Assembly (NCBI GenBank): GCA_964016885.1
Contig: OZ024741.1
Location: 344,410,001-344,474,000, forward strand
Source: Eledone cirrhosa
Lineage: Eukaryota
Reading direction: 5' to 3'
Length of the DNA stretch: 64,000 bases
Positions within the stretch are counted from its first letter, which is position 1, and each line of letters opens with the position of its first letter. A program made the translations under genes and the position numbers. The notes beneath the pieces are model-generated. The model did not search any database. It was not told the DNA's origin and saw only the letters and a program-made list of their open reading frames with translations. Below are positions 41,900 through 56,160 of the stretch, one piece after another.

Positions 41900-42289
41900 A
41901 TATATATTAGAAATATGAGCTATCGCCGTATTTTGACTAAAGAAATTACTTGACTAAAGAATTACTTAGCCTGATAGGAGAGTTAAGAACTCTCGGAGAA
42001 ATGGAAAAAAAGATGAGTATTAATGTACATGGGAGTCGAACCCACATCTGCGGTTATCTATACCACTGTGTTACCATTATACCAACACATCAACTCTCTT
42101 CTTCCATTCAAATTAGAAGCTATAATCTTAGCAAGTGTAATGTCAAGTAAGAATATTTTCGAAACAGCGAGCGAGTTTGAAATTAGAAATATGAGCTATC
42201 GCCGTATTTTGACTAAAGAAATTACTTAAATATATATATTATATTTTATTACTTAAAAAAAAAATATATATATATAATATTTTATTACT

Positions 42290-42377
<88 letters not shown>

Positions 42378-42494
42378 ACCCCAACCTCCACATCACTCTC
42401 AAAAGCGTGAACCTAATAAACTCATACTTGTACTACCTCTCTGTTTTTGTTCCTGTCTAAGATTTAACTATATATATATATATAAATATATATA

Positions 42495-45400
42495 TACACT
42501 ACAAGCATAGCACAACCCTCGGGAATTTCTCTTTATCCTTTGTTTAAACACATAACCAGTTTACAATTTTGTTCTCATATAATATGTAGGATAATTCTAG
42601 TCCTGCCAACATGCCACGTGAATCTACTTCGGTTAGAAGATCGAAACATGCCCAATAGTTCCCACCAGCTGACTTATAGACAAAGTCCTCTTCCACTGCA
42701 TTATTTTAAATTGTTTCAAAAGATTTGGCTCGATCCTGGCTCGATTTGGTTTGATCCTTACTATGGACTCGGCAGTCGACTGGATTTGTCTCATACGCGA
42801 CAGCAGTTGTTCTGCATAGTTCCACAGGTCGGTTACGTCCGGGTAGTGTACAATTGCGTGCAGAACTGTTTCAATGTCCTGCTCGCATCTTGGACACGTC
42901 CTCTTGGAAGGAACCCTGTCGGGGCATTCGTGTCTGTGGATCTTGTCACGACAGGTAGAGCTCCTCCGTAGCACTGCCAGGCCAAGGACCTCTGGAAGTT
43001 GTCCATAGGTCCCGGGCGGAAAATCCTACCAAACAGACTGGTGAGTTCATCGTCTTCGACGCCCAGAGTCTCTCCGAGCACGTCGTCGCCCTTGTAACGT
43101 ACAATCCCTCTATAGAATGTCGAAGTGGAGTCTCCACTGATTGCTGCGCCCGCTTGCCAGAGGACGGTGAGCGCCTGAGCGCATTCAATGTGCCAGGCGC
43201 CCATCGTTTTCCGTCTTTTCTTGACCCAGGACTGCAGCTCCGTCAGCGAGACGAACTATGGAAAGCCTGTCTCACAAACAGTGCCCACACCGGTTGGAGG
43301 TCGGTGAGGAATACCTGGAGATGCCTCAGCTTCAGCGCATGTTTGCGCATCATCAGCCACAGCATTCCCAGCCCTCCTTTGGAAGGGTGCTGACAGCAGA
43401 CGGATCTCCTCACCAGCGGAGCCTGCTTCTTCCACAGAAACTGGAAGAGCATGCGTTCCATCTTGGCGAGGTGTTCACGGGGACAAGGCATGACAGTCAA
43501 TTGGTAGTAGATGACGGACGCTATGAAAGTGTTCGCCACTTCCGCTCGACCTTTCAAGGACAGTTTGAATTCAGCCCACTTCTGGGTGAGTTCAAACACC
43601 TTGGCCGTGACCTCGTTCCAGTTTGTCTCCACCTGGAGGTCTGGACCGAACCAGACCCTGAGAAATTTCACCAACGTCCAACGTCCAACGACGCTGTCGG
43701 ACATCATCGGTTTGCCTCTCCACGTACCGAGTTGCAAACCGACAGACTTGTCCGGGTTTAGTTTTGCTCCCGTCAGCGTTTCGTATTCTTTCAGTAAGTT
43801 GCCGATCACCCCGATTACCTTGATTTCCGAGGTTTACGACACCACTACCGTCAAGTCGTCGGCATAAGCCGACGCCGCTTTGCACAGTCCCCGTTCTAGT
43901 GGGATTCCCTGCAACAGCTCCAATTTCCGCAGTAGCGGCTCTAGAGTCAATACATACAGAATAGAGGAGAGAGGGCACCCCTGTCGAATGGAACGCGTGA
44001 TTGCGAACGGCTCCGATAGGTAGCCGTTCACCTTGACCCTCGAGCAGATGCTGGTGTGCATCGCCTCGATCCAGCCTCTTTAAACGGGACCGAAACCTGC
44101 CGCCTTGAGAACCGCTTCCAAGTATCGATGGTCGACCCTATCGAATGCCTTAGACTGATCCAAATTGATCAAAGCCCCACCGAAGCCGGGTTTACTACCC
44201 ACCCTCTCTATGGTGTATCGCATGAGGTGGAGGTTGTCGTGTATGGACCTGGTCGGAATTGCACACGTTTGCGTTTTCCCTACCAGGTTCTCGACGCCAA
44301 GCGCCAATCTCGTCGCTAGCACCTTGGCCAAAATCTTTAACTCTGTGTTGAGCAGAGTTATGGGCCTGAAGTTGTTAATTTCGTCCCCCCTTGTTCTCGT
44401 CTTTCCTGATCAGCGTTACTATGCCCTTGCCTGCAGAACTGGGAATTCTCCCGTTCTGCTGCCAATTGCAGTAGATGGCTTCGAGGACGCCAGAGAACAA
44501 GTCCGGCATGCCTATGTAAAACTCGTAGGGTAGACCATCTAGACCGGGTGACTTGCGTTTCCCGCAGTGGCCCAGGGCGTCCCGTATCTCAGTGTCTTTA
44601 GCAGAACTCGGCGTCCGTGTTCGAGAGACGCGGCAAGCCGTCGAGGTATGAACTAAAGTCCATTGCCCTGTTCGGCTCACCGTCGTTCTGCTCAAACTGT
44701 TGCGCAAAGTGCTGCTGAAAGGTCGCGCACATTTACTTGGGGTCAAGTCGCACGCGTCCGTTTTGGTCTTTCAAAGACCGAATCGTGGACTTGTTGCCAC
44801 TTTTCGCCTCCGCCACTCGGGTCCAGCTGACAGCTTTCGCTCCTTCGTTTCCTAGAGCACGTGTTTTGCTTCTGACCACGCAGCCTTCGTGTTTCGCATC
44901 GAAGAACTGGTCCAGTGCCGTTCTCGACGCTAACACTCTAGCCGCGTTGCCACTTCTAAGTGCCTCCTCTACCCTGGCTACTAGTTCTCTTTCTATTTTG
45001 TTTTTCTCTAAGGCTAACTCTCTGCTAAACCCTATCGATTCTATTCTAATTGCTTTCTTGAGAGAGTACCACCATTTATTATTGACGATGGCTCCCGTTA
45101 ACTGTTGCTTGGCTAGTCTACTTATCCGTTCACTGTCAGCTTTACGTGCCGGCAACGACACGTTTAGCTTCCAGTATCCGGGTCCTTATCTATGTATTCT
45201 ATCACGGTTGACTAAGCAGACGACTAATTTGTGATCTGAATAGGCAACCATGTGCATTCGTGGACAGCTTAGCATCTCCTTGTCCCTTTCTCTAATGAAG
45301 AACCTATCTAAATACGATCTAGATGTCCCGCTGTGGTTTGCCCACGTCCACTGTGGTGCAATCGGGAAATCCAGTCGATACCTATCGACCAGTTGGAATT

Positions 45401-46280
45401 GGCCAATTAAAGTTTTGAGGCTGTTGCACCCCCTTCTACTGGGACATGCTCACACATAGTCCCATCGTGCATCTAGGATACCATTCCAGTCCCCCACTAA
45501 AAGTAAGGAGCGAGACGTTCTCCTAAAAGACTCTAGACGCTTAAAGAAGTCTGGCCGTGATTGCGATTGCCCGGTCGGGGCATAAACGGCCACCAGTCTG
45601 AAGGCTCCACCTCCAATACTGTTCACGTCTAGGACTACCAGTCTACCCTCCGGGTCCTAGTGTACTTGCTGCACTTCGACTTCCAGGTTCTTCCGAAACA
45701 TGATAGCCACTCCCCTCCACCTCCTGGCTGACAGAGAAATGCGTAGATCTCAAAGTCGTCGAAGATGGGGGTTAGTTGCTGCCTGTTTTGGATCCTGGAC
45801 TCGGTGATGGCTATCACATCCATACAGTGTGACCTAAGGTCGTTTAAAAGTTGGCCCTGTTTCCAAGACATCCCTAGGCCACGCACATTTACGCTTCCAA
45901 CTCGTAAACTAGCCATGTTGGTGAAGAAGAGTAGGAGAAAAGCGCACTTACCTTTTCGTTTCTTGGAGATCGGGTTGTTCAATCTCCATTTGGGTGCTGG
46001 ATGGGGTGTTGGGTGGGGTGGGGAAACATTTTAACAGGACGCGGTTGATGGGTTTCTGGCAGGGGTTGCCCACGTCCTGTGAAAATTTATTTTTCAGGTC
46101 ATTATAGGTTTCCATAGAAACCCTTATAAGTTTAAAGTGTGGAGACGATTCTGCCTTGACGAAAACTGGTATTACCACCCAGCTGACAATTCAGCTTGGG
46201 GGTTAATCGACAAAAGAATATGTTTTTTCGTATATAAATTTACAAAAACTCTTACAGGCGATGTTCCACGCGTAAGGCAG
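42495..46280 (-). mobile_element. L1/Tx1-clade LINE (ORF1 tail plus APE-RT ORF2), degenerate
   Basis: GSVNVRGL (APE start), KSPGLDGLPYEFY, LDQSKAFDRVDH, SIRQGCPLS, AYADD, GGLGM and a C-terminal CPRC..ETVLHA knuckle. Many frameshifts. The 5' end abuts (GATA)n. Confidence 0.93.
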
Positions 46281-46286
46281 AAAGAG

Positions 46287-46363
<77 letters not shown>

Positions 46364-47119
46364 TGGAAGATAGAGAGCATAAAAAGGTAAATACGACTTA
46401 TTTCCCAATTATCCAGCCAATCTATTATTCTGAATAAGTACTGTTGACATCAGGATCAGATTAGACTAGATTATAAAAGAGCTAAATCTGGCTTAAATCA
46501 CAAGGATGAATCAAGCATCTGTCAGTCTGCGGCTTCGAACATAAATCGTCACGTGAATCAATCACATCAGTAATCGATAATACTTGATATGTATGTTGAT
46601 GTTGATGTTGTTGTTTTTATTTTTGTTTAGCCATAAATCTGCCTTGTTCGAGTCAGCTCGTGATCAATAGAATTCTAGCAATGGCGCTCTCGACATTTTC
46701 TTCGATTATTGTATATAGATCTATGACTACATTACAGCTATATTCTCTAATGTGACCTCCTCCCGTTTTGAAACGGAAGGTCACATTAGAGATGCATGTG
46801 GGGAAGGGACATTTGCTGGTATTTCTAGCAAATCGAGTAGCCGCGAACAGGCTCGTTGTTTTATTGTTGTTTAGTCTCATATTAACCGAGAGAGCAAACC
46901 TATGATCAAAGGAGTTTCAGACATAACCATCTTTTGTATATCTATGACTCCATTGATCGACGCGTCATTTATTTTGAAAGACGATAGGGTGTGATTTAGG
47001 GGAATTTAGCTGCTCTTTCCAGCAGATCATGTGACATTTTAAAGACTATTTGTTATAATTGTTTCTACTTTAGGCACAAGGCCAGCAATTACCCAGTGCA
47101 ATGGCACTCAAAAATCTCT

Positions 47120-47835
47120 TTCTCATGACGTCAGAGTCTCATTCCTGGTCATGGCGTCACTCACTGTCACGCTCCTTTTCATGACGTCGCTCAGTTAAAT
47201 TCCTGCTCATGACGTCACTCATAGTCATAATCCTTGTAATGACGTCACTCAGTTACATTCCTTGTTATGACGTCATTCACAAACTGACACGTCTCATGAC
47301 GTCATTCCCAAACACATGCTTCTCATGATGTCAATCACAAGTAAACATCTTGTTATGACGTCACATACAAACAGGTTCCTTGTCATAATGTCACACATAA
47401 AAACATTCCTTGCCATGAGGTCACTCACACTTACAATCTTTTTCATGACTTCACTTACAATCACAATCCTTTCTATGACGTCATTCACAGTCTCAATCCT
47501 TGGTATGACGTCAGTCACAGTCACAATCCTTGTTATGACATCACTCACAGTCACAATGATTGTTATGGTGACACACACAGTCACACTTCTTGTCATGACG
47601 TCAATGGAAATCACATCCTTGTTATGACGTCATTCACAGTCACAATCTTTGTTATGACGACACACACAGTCACACTTCTTGTCATGACGTCAATGGAAGT
47701 CACATCCTTGTTATGACGTCACTCACAGTCACAATCCTTTTTATGACGTCACACTTTATGTCATGACGTCAATGGAAGTCACAGTGCTTGTTATGACGTC
47801 ACTCACAAAAGCATTACTTGTTATGACGTCACAAT
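47120..47835. repeat. About 30-bp minisatellite built around TGACGTCA
   Basis: Unit TCACAATCCTTGTTATGACGTCACTCACAG, with about 16 perfect TGACGTCA octamers counted by eye. Confidence 0.9.
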
Positions 47836-48627
47836 GATGACAGATACAAATCTAAAGCCAGGCCGTTAGTAACCACAGCTCCCTCATTCAGCATAAATAT
47901 TCTCTTTTTCGTTTAATGTTAACACTATAAATACGATATCAACATATGCTGGGCATGTTGATTTCCACTATTGTTCAGGCATACTTTTTCTGCTCCATAC
48001 CTCAATGTCTGGTCTGTTGTTTATATTTCATGTATGTAAATGTGTGTGAGTTTGTGTGTGTGTATGTATATGTGTTTATGTGTGTATGTGTGTGTTTGTA
48101 TGTGTGTGTGTTTGTGTGTGTGTGTGTGTTTGTATATGTGTGTGTTTGTGTGTGTGTGTTTCTATGTGTGTGTGTTTGTGTGTGTATGTGTGTGTTTGTA
48201 TGTGTGTGTGTTTGTGTGTGTGTTTGTATGTGTGTGTGTTTGTGTGTATGTGTGCACATATACACACACACACTTATATATATATATATGTGTGTGTGAT
48301 TGTTTGTATATGTATATCATATTCATATAAGTGTATTTAGATATATATATGTGTGTGGATGTGTGTGTGGGGGTGCGTGGGTGTGTGTGTGGGTGTTTGT
48401 GTAACTTTCGTTTGAATTTAATTAAAAACTGCTCATAACTTTCCAATAGATGACCTTAAAGCTATACAATTTGATTACATATACAACTTCTGCTTACATT
48501 TTTTTCCTTTCAGACGTATTCAAGTATGTGTGTGTTTATGTTACACATACACACATACACATATACACACAAGCACACATACACACACACATATATGTAC
48601 ATATGTTCGAATTTTATAACCCATACG

Positions 48628-48738
<111 letters not shown>

Positions 48739-48770
48739 ATATATATATATATATATAAAGAGAGAAAGAA

Positions 48771-48806
<36 letters not shown>

Positions 48807-48835
48807 CTAGATAGATAGATAGATAGATAGATAGA

Positions 48836-50680
48836 TTTCTTTATTTGCCACACGGGCGCACAAGGAAAGGGGACAATACAAAGACATGCCGAGGATTTTA
48901 CATACAGTCGTGTAAAAATATTGAAACAAACAATTATAACAATCGAAATCCCTAATAGGGGGGAAGCGCCACAAATGGCTTGTTTAGTACCCCGTCGATA
49001 GAACGACCCTCAACTGCAGGAGCGTGTTGTGCAAGTGCTCCTTTCTTCATTTTGCTCTCTTCTTCAACCTACAGGCTTATAAACAGAGAAGGCCCAATCA
49101 CTCGGGCCATTTTCGCTTCATTCACCCACCTTTCAGTAAATTTACTGGGGTGCAGTGCCTCTCTCACCACTCTGATTCTCCTTCTAAAGTGATACTTAAA
49201 GAAGGGAATCAATTGTTGTCCGGAGACAAAAGGCATCTGTCCTCAGTCCTCTCAATCTCGTCCACCATATAACCTTTTTCACCATAGCCACTGTACAGAG
49301 GAAAACCGCTTCTCTTTCGTTTATGAAAGAGGCTGGCGGTTTGATCCTTACTATGGACTCGGCAGTCAACTGGATTTGTCCCATACGCGACAGCAGCTAT
49401 TCTGCATAGTTCCACAGGTCGCTTACGCCCGGGCAGTGTACAATTGCGTGCAAGACGGTTTCAATGTCCTGCTCGCATCTTGGACACGTCCTCTTGGATG
49501 AATCCCTGCCGGGGCGTCCGTGCCTGTAGATCGTATCTCGAACGGGTAGAGCTCCTCCGTAGCACTGTCAGGCCAGGGACCTCTGGAAGTTGTCCATAGA
49601 TCCCGGGCGGAAAGTCCTACCGAACAGACTGGCGAGCTCGTCGTCTTCGATGCCTAGAGTCTCCCCGAGCACGTCGTCGCCCTTGTAAAGTACTAACCCT
49701 CTATAGAATGTCGAAGTGGAGTCTCCACTGATTGCTGTACCCGCTTGACAGAGGATTGTGAGCGCCTGGGCGCATTCAATGTGCCAGGCGCCCATCTTCT
49801 TCGGTCTTCGCTTCACCCAGGACTGCAGCTCCGTAAGCGAGACAAGTTGTCGTAAGGCCTGTTTCACAAACGGTTCCCACACCGGTTGGTCGGTAAGGAA
49901 TACCTGGAGATGCCGTAGCCTCAGCGCATGTTTGCGCATCATTAGCCACGGCATGCCCAGCCCTCCGTTGGAAGGGTGTTGACAGCAGACAGATCTCCTC
50001 ACCAGGAACTGGAAGAGCATGCGTTCCATCTTGGCGAGGTATTCACGGGGACAAGGCACGACAGTCAAGCGGTAGTAGATGACGGACGCTATGAAAGTGT
50101 TCACCACCTCCGCTCGACCTTTCAAAGACAGTTTGCACTCTTCCCACTTCTGAGTGAGCGCAAATACCTTGGCCATGACCTCGTTCTAGTTTTTCTCCAC
50201 ATGGAGGTCTGGACCGAACCAGACCCCGAGCAATTTCACCGGTCCTTCCGTCCAGCATCCGACGATGCTGTCGGACGGCATCCGTTTGCCTCTCCACGTT
50301 CCGAGTTGCAAACCGACAGATTTGTTCGGGTTCAGTTTTGCTCCTGTGAACATTTCGTATTCCTGTAGTAGGTTGCCGATTACCTTGATTTCCGAGGTTT
50401 TCGACACCATTACCGTCACGTCGTCGGCATAAGTCGACGCCGCTTTTCGCAGTCCCGGTTCTAAAGGGATGCCCTGCAAAAGCTCCAACTTCCGCAGTAG
50501 TAGCTCTAGAGTCAATACGAACAGATTGGAGGAGAGACGGCATCCCTGTCGAATGGAACGCGTGATTGCGAACGGCTCCGATAGGTAGCCGTTCACCTTG
50601 ACCCTCGAGCAGATGCTGGTGTGCATCGCCTGAAAATGGACCGAAACCGGCCGCCTTGAGAATCGCTTCCAGGTATCGAT
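48836..50680 (-). mobile_element. 5'-truncated L1/Tx1 copy with intact 3' end, flanked by (GATA)n
   Basis: Closely similar to 42745-44130 (SIRQGC, YADD, GGLGMP). The 3' end reads GGCAAATAAAGAAA then (TCTA)n, and the 5' junction runs into GATAGATAGATAG. Confidence 0.93.
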
Positions 50681-50835
50681 TGATAGATAGATAGATATAC
50701 ATATTACTTCTCTGAATATACCTAGCCAACTGACTCTGCCGAAACATCATATTTATATTGTAAGAAATTGAATAAATCTCATATCTGATGAAGGACTAGC
50801 TTGCCTTTTGCGTATATCCATATATAACTATAAAA

Positions 50836-50919
<84 letters not shown>

Positions 50920-51063
50920 ATATCCAAAATTAAATTACGGGTGTCATGTCCGAGAGACAAACACCATATCCACCGTAGGATATGCTCAGAGATTTTACAA
51001 ATTATTCCCTGTAATTGTTTCATATGTTTATTTTAGATATATATATATCAATCAATTTCTAGT

Positions 51064-51098
<35 letters not shown>

Positions 51099-51180
51099 AT
51101 ACACACACACATAAATATATTTATATGTATATATTATATATATGTATATGTATATGTATATATGTATATATGTATATATA

Positions 51181-51252
<72 letters not shown>

Positions 51253-51288
51253 TTATGGTCCACCTGGCTCCTTACCACATTTCCTTCG

Positions 51289-51359
<71 letters not shown>

Positions 51360-51500
51360 TACATATATATGTATATATATACATATATATGTATATATAT
51401 ATATGTGTGTATATATATACATACATATATAAATGCGTGTGTATGTGTGTATTACATACATATATATAAAGTTTTTATAGATATGTATTGAGATTTATAT

Positions 51501-51667
<167 letters not shown>

Positions 51668-51745
51668 TGATATATATATATATAGGCGGTATGACAAGAT
51701 GAGCACTCGATGCTAGTGGGGAGCAGAATATCAATGATAATACTA

Positions 51746-52054
51746 TAATAAGGGAACAAAGAATCAGTGTTGCATCATATATATATTTAATTACATATTA
51801 CATATGTTTCACTGTCGATCAGCTCGAGGAACGATCGATTAATGATCGATGCTGATTCTGGAATCGGAAGCTCCTCAGATATGTGTTCCCATGTAAGCGC
51901 GAATCTAGATGTGAACACATATCTGAGGAGCCTCCGCTTCCAGAGTCAGGATCGATCATTTCTCGATCATTCCTCGAGCTGATCGGCAATGAAACATATG
52001 TAATGTATAATTAAATATATATATGATGCAATACTGATTCTTTGTTCCCTTATA
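51746..52054. mobile_element. Fold-back element with opposed hammerheads at 51793-51884 (-) and 51919-52006 (+)
   Basis: Inverted arms of about 140 bp, each reading ACATAT-CTGAGGA-GC..-GAAAC-ATAT-GTA-AT(A)TGT with a long stem II. Confidence 0.75.
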
Positions 52055-52120
<66 letters not shown>

Positions 52121-52154
52121 TACATACATATATATATACATATATATAAATTTA

Positions 52155-52365
<211 letters not shown>

Positions 52366-52620
52366 TATATATATAATCACAACTATATTGTATTCTTTTT
52401 TTTTTAATTCTTTCATTTGCTTTTCCGTTTTCCATTTTTGATGTTCATGTTTATGTAATCTGCCTACTTCCATATACCATTCATCTTCCACACGGTCACA
52501 AATTCACTTTTCATAATTTTCTGAAAATTAAAAAAAAAGATATTTAGAGTGAGAGAGACTGGAAGAATGAAAGCAGAAAGTGAAAGGGCAAATAGTTAGA
52601 ATACATAATTAACTAAACAC

Positions 52621-52658
<38 letters not shown>

Positions 52659-53940
52659 AAATACATACATATCTATATACATATATACATATATACACAC
52701 ATACATACACACACATATATATACATGCATACATATATACATACATACATGCATACACACACACTTACGTGTATACATACATACAAACATATTTACATAC
52801 ATACATAAATACATATATACATACATACACACTTGCTCACATATACATGAATATATACCTACATACACATACATCGTTCATACATACACATACACACGCA
52901 AAAATATAATTATCTTTATAACGTTACTTCTTTATTTTTGTATTTTATTATCTGCACAATTATTTTCATTTTTTTTTCTTTCTTATTTTTTGGTGGGGTG
53001 GGGGCTAGATTCTGGGTGGGGTGGAGGGTTTGATGACATAAACAAAGGTATTACATAATTATGTGTGTTTCCTTCATTACGACCCAGGCATATAATTGTT
53101 TTGGTTGTTTATGGCTTCAATAGTGTTCTATGTTGTTATTGCTGTTGGTGTTGTTTCATCATCATCATCATCTTAGTAAAGTATAAGGGTATATCTTTCA
53201 TATGACGTAACGGGGTGTGGTTATACAGCATGTGAGAAGCGGTGCGGTGACCAGTGCTCGAAGTAGGGTAGGTTAGGGTACTATTTCTAATTAAACAAGT
53301 AATATAGTTTGGATATAATAAAAAGCCGATCTGAACAAAGCCAAAATCAATATAAAAATGAAATTTCAACAAAACGACCATCCCTTTCCCCACCATTAAA
53401 AAATCGTGTTTCTTACAAATTATTTCACTTATAAATATTTTTGTTTGAAGTCCCTGGGTGTTAAGAAAAGTAAAAAGGGAAATTTAAATACATTTATTGT
53501 TGTTACTGTTCTTGTAGTTATTTCTGTTGTTGTTCTTGTTGTTGTTAGTAGTGGTGTTCTCTATTTGTCTTTCGAGTTCGAGTTGTTTCTTTTGTGTGGT
53601 TGTTGTTGTTTTGGGTTGTTATTTTTTTTTTTAGGGGGGATTCTTTCTTTTTTGGTTTTTGTTTTTGTTTTTGTTTTTGTTTTTTGTTGTTTTTTTTGTA
53701 AAGCCAAGCAAGCTGCTAAGACTGTCCACAACATTCATTCTTATCCTTCTGTCATTCTTCTACATATTCATCTTTTTCTTCATCTCCTTCTTCGTGCATT
53801 TCTTCTTCATCATCATTAATGTCTTCGTCTTCCTATTCATCATCATCATCATCTTTTTCTTCTTCTTCGACCATCTCTTCTTCAAAAACTTTCCTTCTTT
53901 CTCATCACTTTCCTTTTTTCTTCTAATTCTCTTTGCTTAA

Positions 53941-54330
53941 CCCTTTAGCATTTACATTACTCTATATTTACTATTGTATTTCCATGGTAAAGGCTTTATT
54001 TTATATTATTATATCACATAAGGGCGGTGGGTTGGCAGTATCGGTAGAGTTCAAATCCCGCCGAGGTTAACTTTCATCCTTACGGAGTCGAATAAAGTAC
54101 CAGTCACGCACTGGGGTCGATTTAATCGACTTTCGCCTCCCCCAAAATTGCTGGCCTTGTGTCTATATAAGAAACCGTTATATCACATAATATCGAATCT
54201 ACAAGATTTTGATATTATGTATTTTGAGAACAATACCTTAAAATAAGTATGAGCTGCTGGTTATGGCTGGTTTGAAGAGAAAGAGGTGAGAAAATTCTGG
54301 CCGGATATGGCCGGTTTAAATGCTAAAGGT
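53941..54330. mobile_element. piggyBac-like MITE with a nested SINE at 54022-54177
   Basis: TTAA-CCCTTTAGCATTTA ... TAAATGCTAAAGGT-TTAA. The nested SINE has a 13-bp TSD TTATATCACATAA at 54009-54021 and 54178-54190. Confidence 0.8.
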
Positions 54331-55884
54331 TTAATTTTCTTCTTCGCTCTCTCTTTTCTTTTCTCTTTTTTGGGTTTTTTTTTGTTTGTTTTATTCTTCT
54401 TTTTCGTATTCTCCATCATCTTACCTCTGTATTCTTTGTTTAAGCTAGTTGCTATTAAATATGTATTCAGCATCAATTCTCTAGTTGTTGCTGATGTTGA
54501 TGATGTTGTTATTGTTGTTGTTTTTATTGTTGTGTAAAGCCTTATAGTCAACTTTGTCTTTCATCCATACGAGGTCAATAAAAAAAGTACCAGTCTACTC
54601 CTGGGGTCGATTCTTCCACTATATCTTTTTCTCATTCTCTCTAACCTTCGCTGGAAGAAATCTGCTGTATACATACCTGGAGAGAGATCGGCTCCACCAG
54701 GTTTTAAAATGCTCTAGTAATGCCGTATGTCAATACGGCGCCCATGTGACTCCCTCGGGAGTTACGGGACCATACCATGCTACGCCTTATATGCCTTGGT
54801 CATATAGATCGATTATCACAATGCATTCCAGCCTTGATCATCCTATATTTTTTTAATATCTATGACTGACTATATTTTGTAAAATGTCTACCTATGTTAA
54901 AACAGTTATGGTATTACTTAAGAAAAAACGTCGTTGCTATTTCTAGTAATTCGATTGATTAAGTAGACGTTCCTCTCGTTGACTCAAGTCATTGAGTTGG
55001 TTTAGTCCTGCAAGGTTTAAGGCAACACTACTCTCAGTATAAAACCTTGAAATGTTTATATGCATGGGTTGTTTAATCAAGTAAACGACCACAGAACTTC
55101 ACTAGTGTAATATTTTTTCCAACATGAAAAGATAAAAAACAAAGGTGACCTTGTCGGCGTTTTAACTCAGAAATTAAAGAGCAGGAAAAAGACTGTAAAG
55201 CATTTTGTTCGACACTTTAACAATTCGGCTAACCCACTGCTTTTTCGGCATTATATAATGAAAAACAAAAATTATGCGCAAATCAAACTGCACAAATGAT
55301 ACATGAATATCATGTGTGTAAAGATTTAAAATGCGATGATAGTTTTAAGAAGATGCGAATTTGTAAGATGTATTTCATTCGAGTGGTCTTTTCATCTAGA
55401 CAACACAAAATGAAACCTCTCAAAGCCACAGCAAACGTTAGGCAAAAGAAACTCTAATAAACTTTTCTGAAACCCCTTCATATATAACTTGCAGTAGCAC
55501 AAAGATTAGCCTTTCTCTTCAAAGCCTGAAAATACTTAGCTTGATATGAAGTCTTTATTAAAAGATGTCAGAAACTAGAACTCGTGACGGAAAGGCTCGT
55601 TACAAGTTGAAGTTCCTTAGACAGTGCCTGCTACCCATTTTATTTAGTACGTAAATATTTATATTCTTATTGTCGATAAAAAAAATCATCCTGCATTAAA
55701 ATAAAAATTGGGGTTGCTAATAAATATATGCTTCTTTGATATTCACAACGTTTTGCTCAATAGATCGTGACACTACAGTTTATGTATTCTAGATCTGTCA
55801 TGCAAACATTACTGTCAAATATAATCACCTTATACTGAAGCAAACGATATAAACTGAGTTTCTGTGAGAATCAATCAATAATAT

Positions 55885-56160
55885 AACTAACATACCCAGG
55901 CTTGTCTGTTCGTCAGGTAAACTGTCGAAGTATTGATCGCTCTCTGACAGGTTTGTAGTCGAACTTGCAGCAGTGGAGACTTCCGATGTTCTTGGTCCCC
56001 AGACCACCTCTCTACTCTCTACTATCGGGGTGGAGTTGGCCACCTACAGAAGCGAATCCCGATAGTTGGAATGACTATTCCAACGACTCTCCCTCGCCAT
56101 CCACCAGGGTAACGTTTTCTCGATGCTGTCCCCTGGGACTACGCATTAGCCTGCACATAA
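55885..56160 (+). mobile_element. CRE-clade-like non-LTR element RLE C-terminal remnant
   Basis: Manual translation KY*SLSDRFVVELAAVETSDVLGP..IGVELA..LFQRLSLAIHQGN matches the AVET.G..G and QRLS.A.QRGN RLE motifs. Confidence 0.7.

Noticed and set aside
50725-50810. Permuted hammerhead candidate (GAAAC before CTGATGA)
   Set aside because: I could not form convincing stems I and II.
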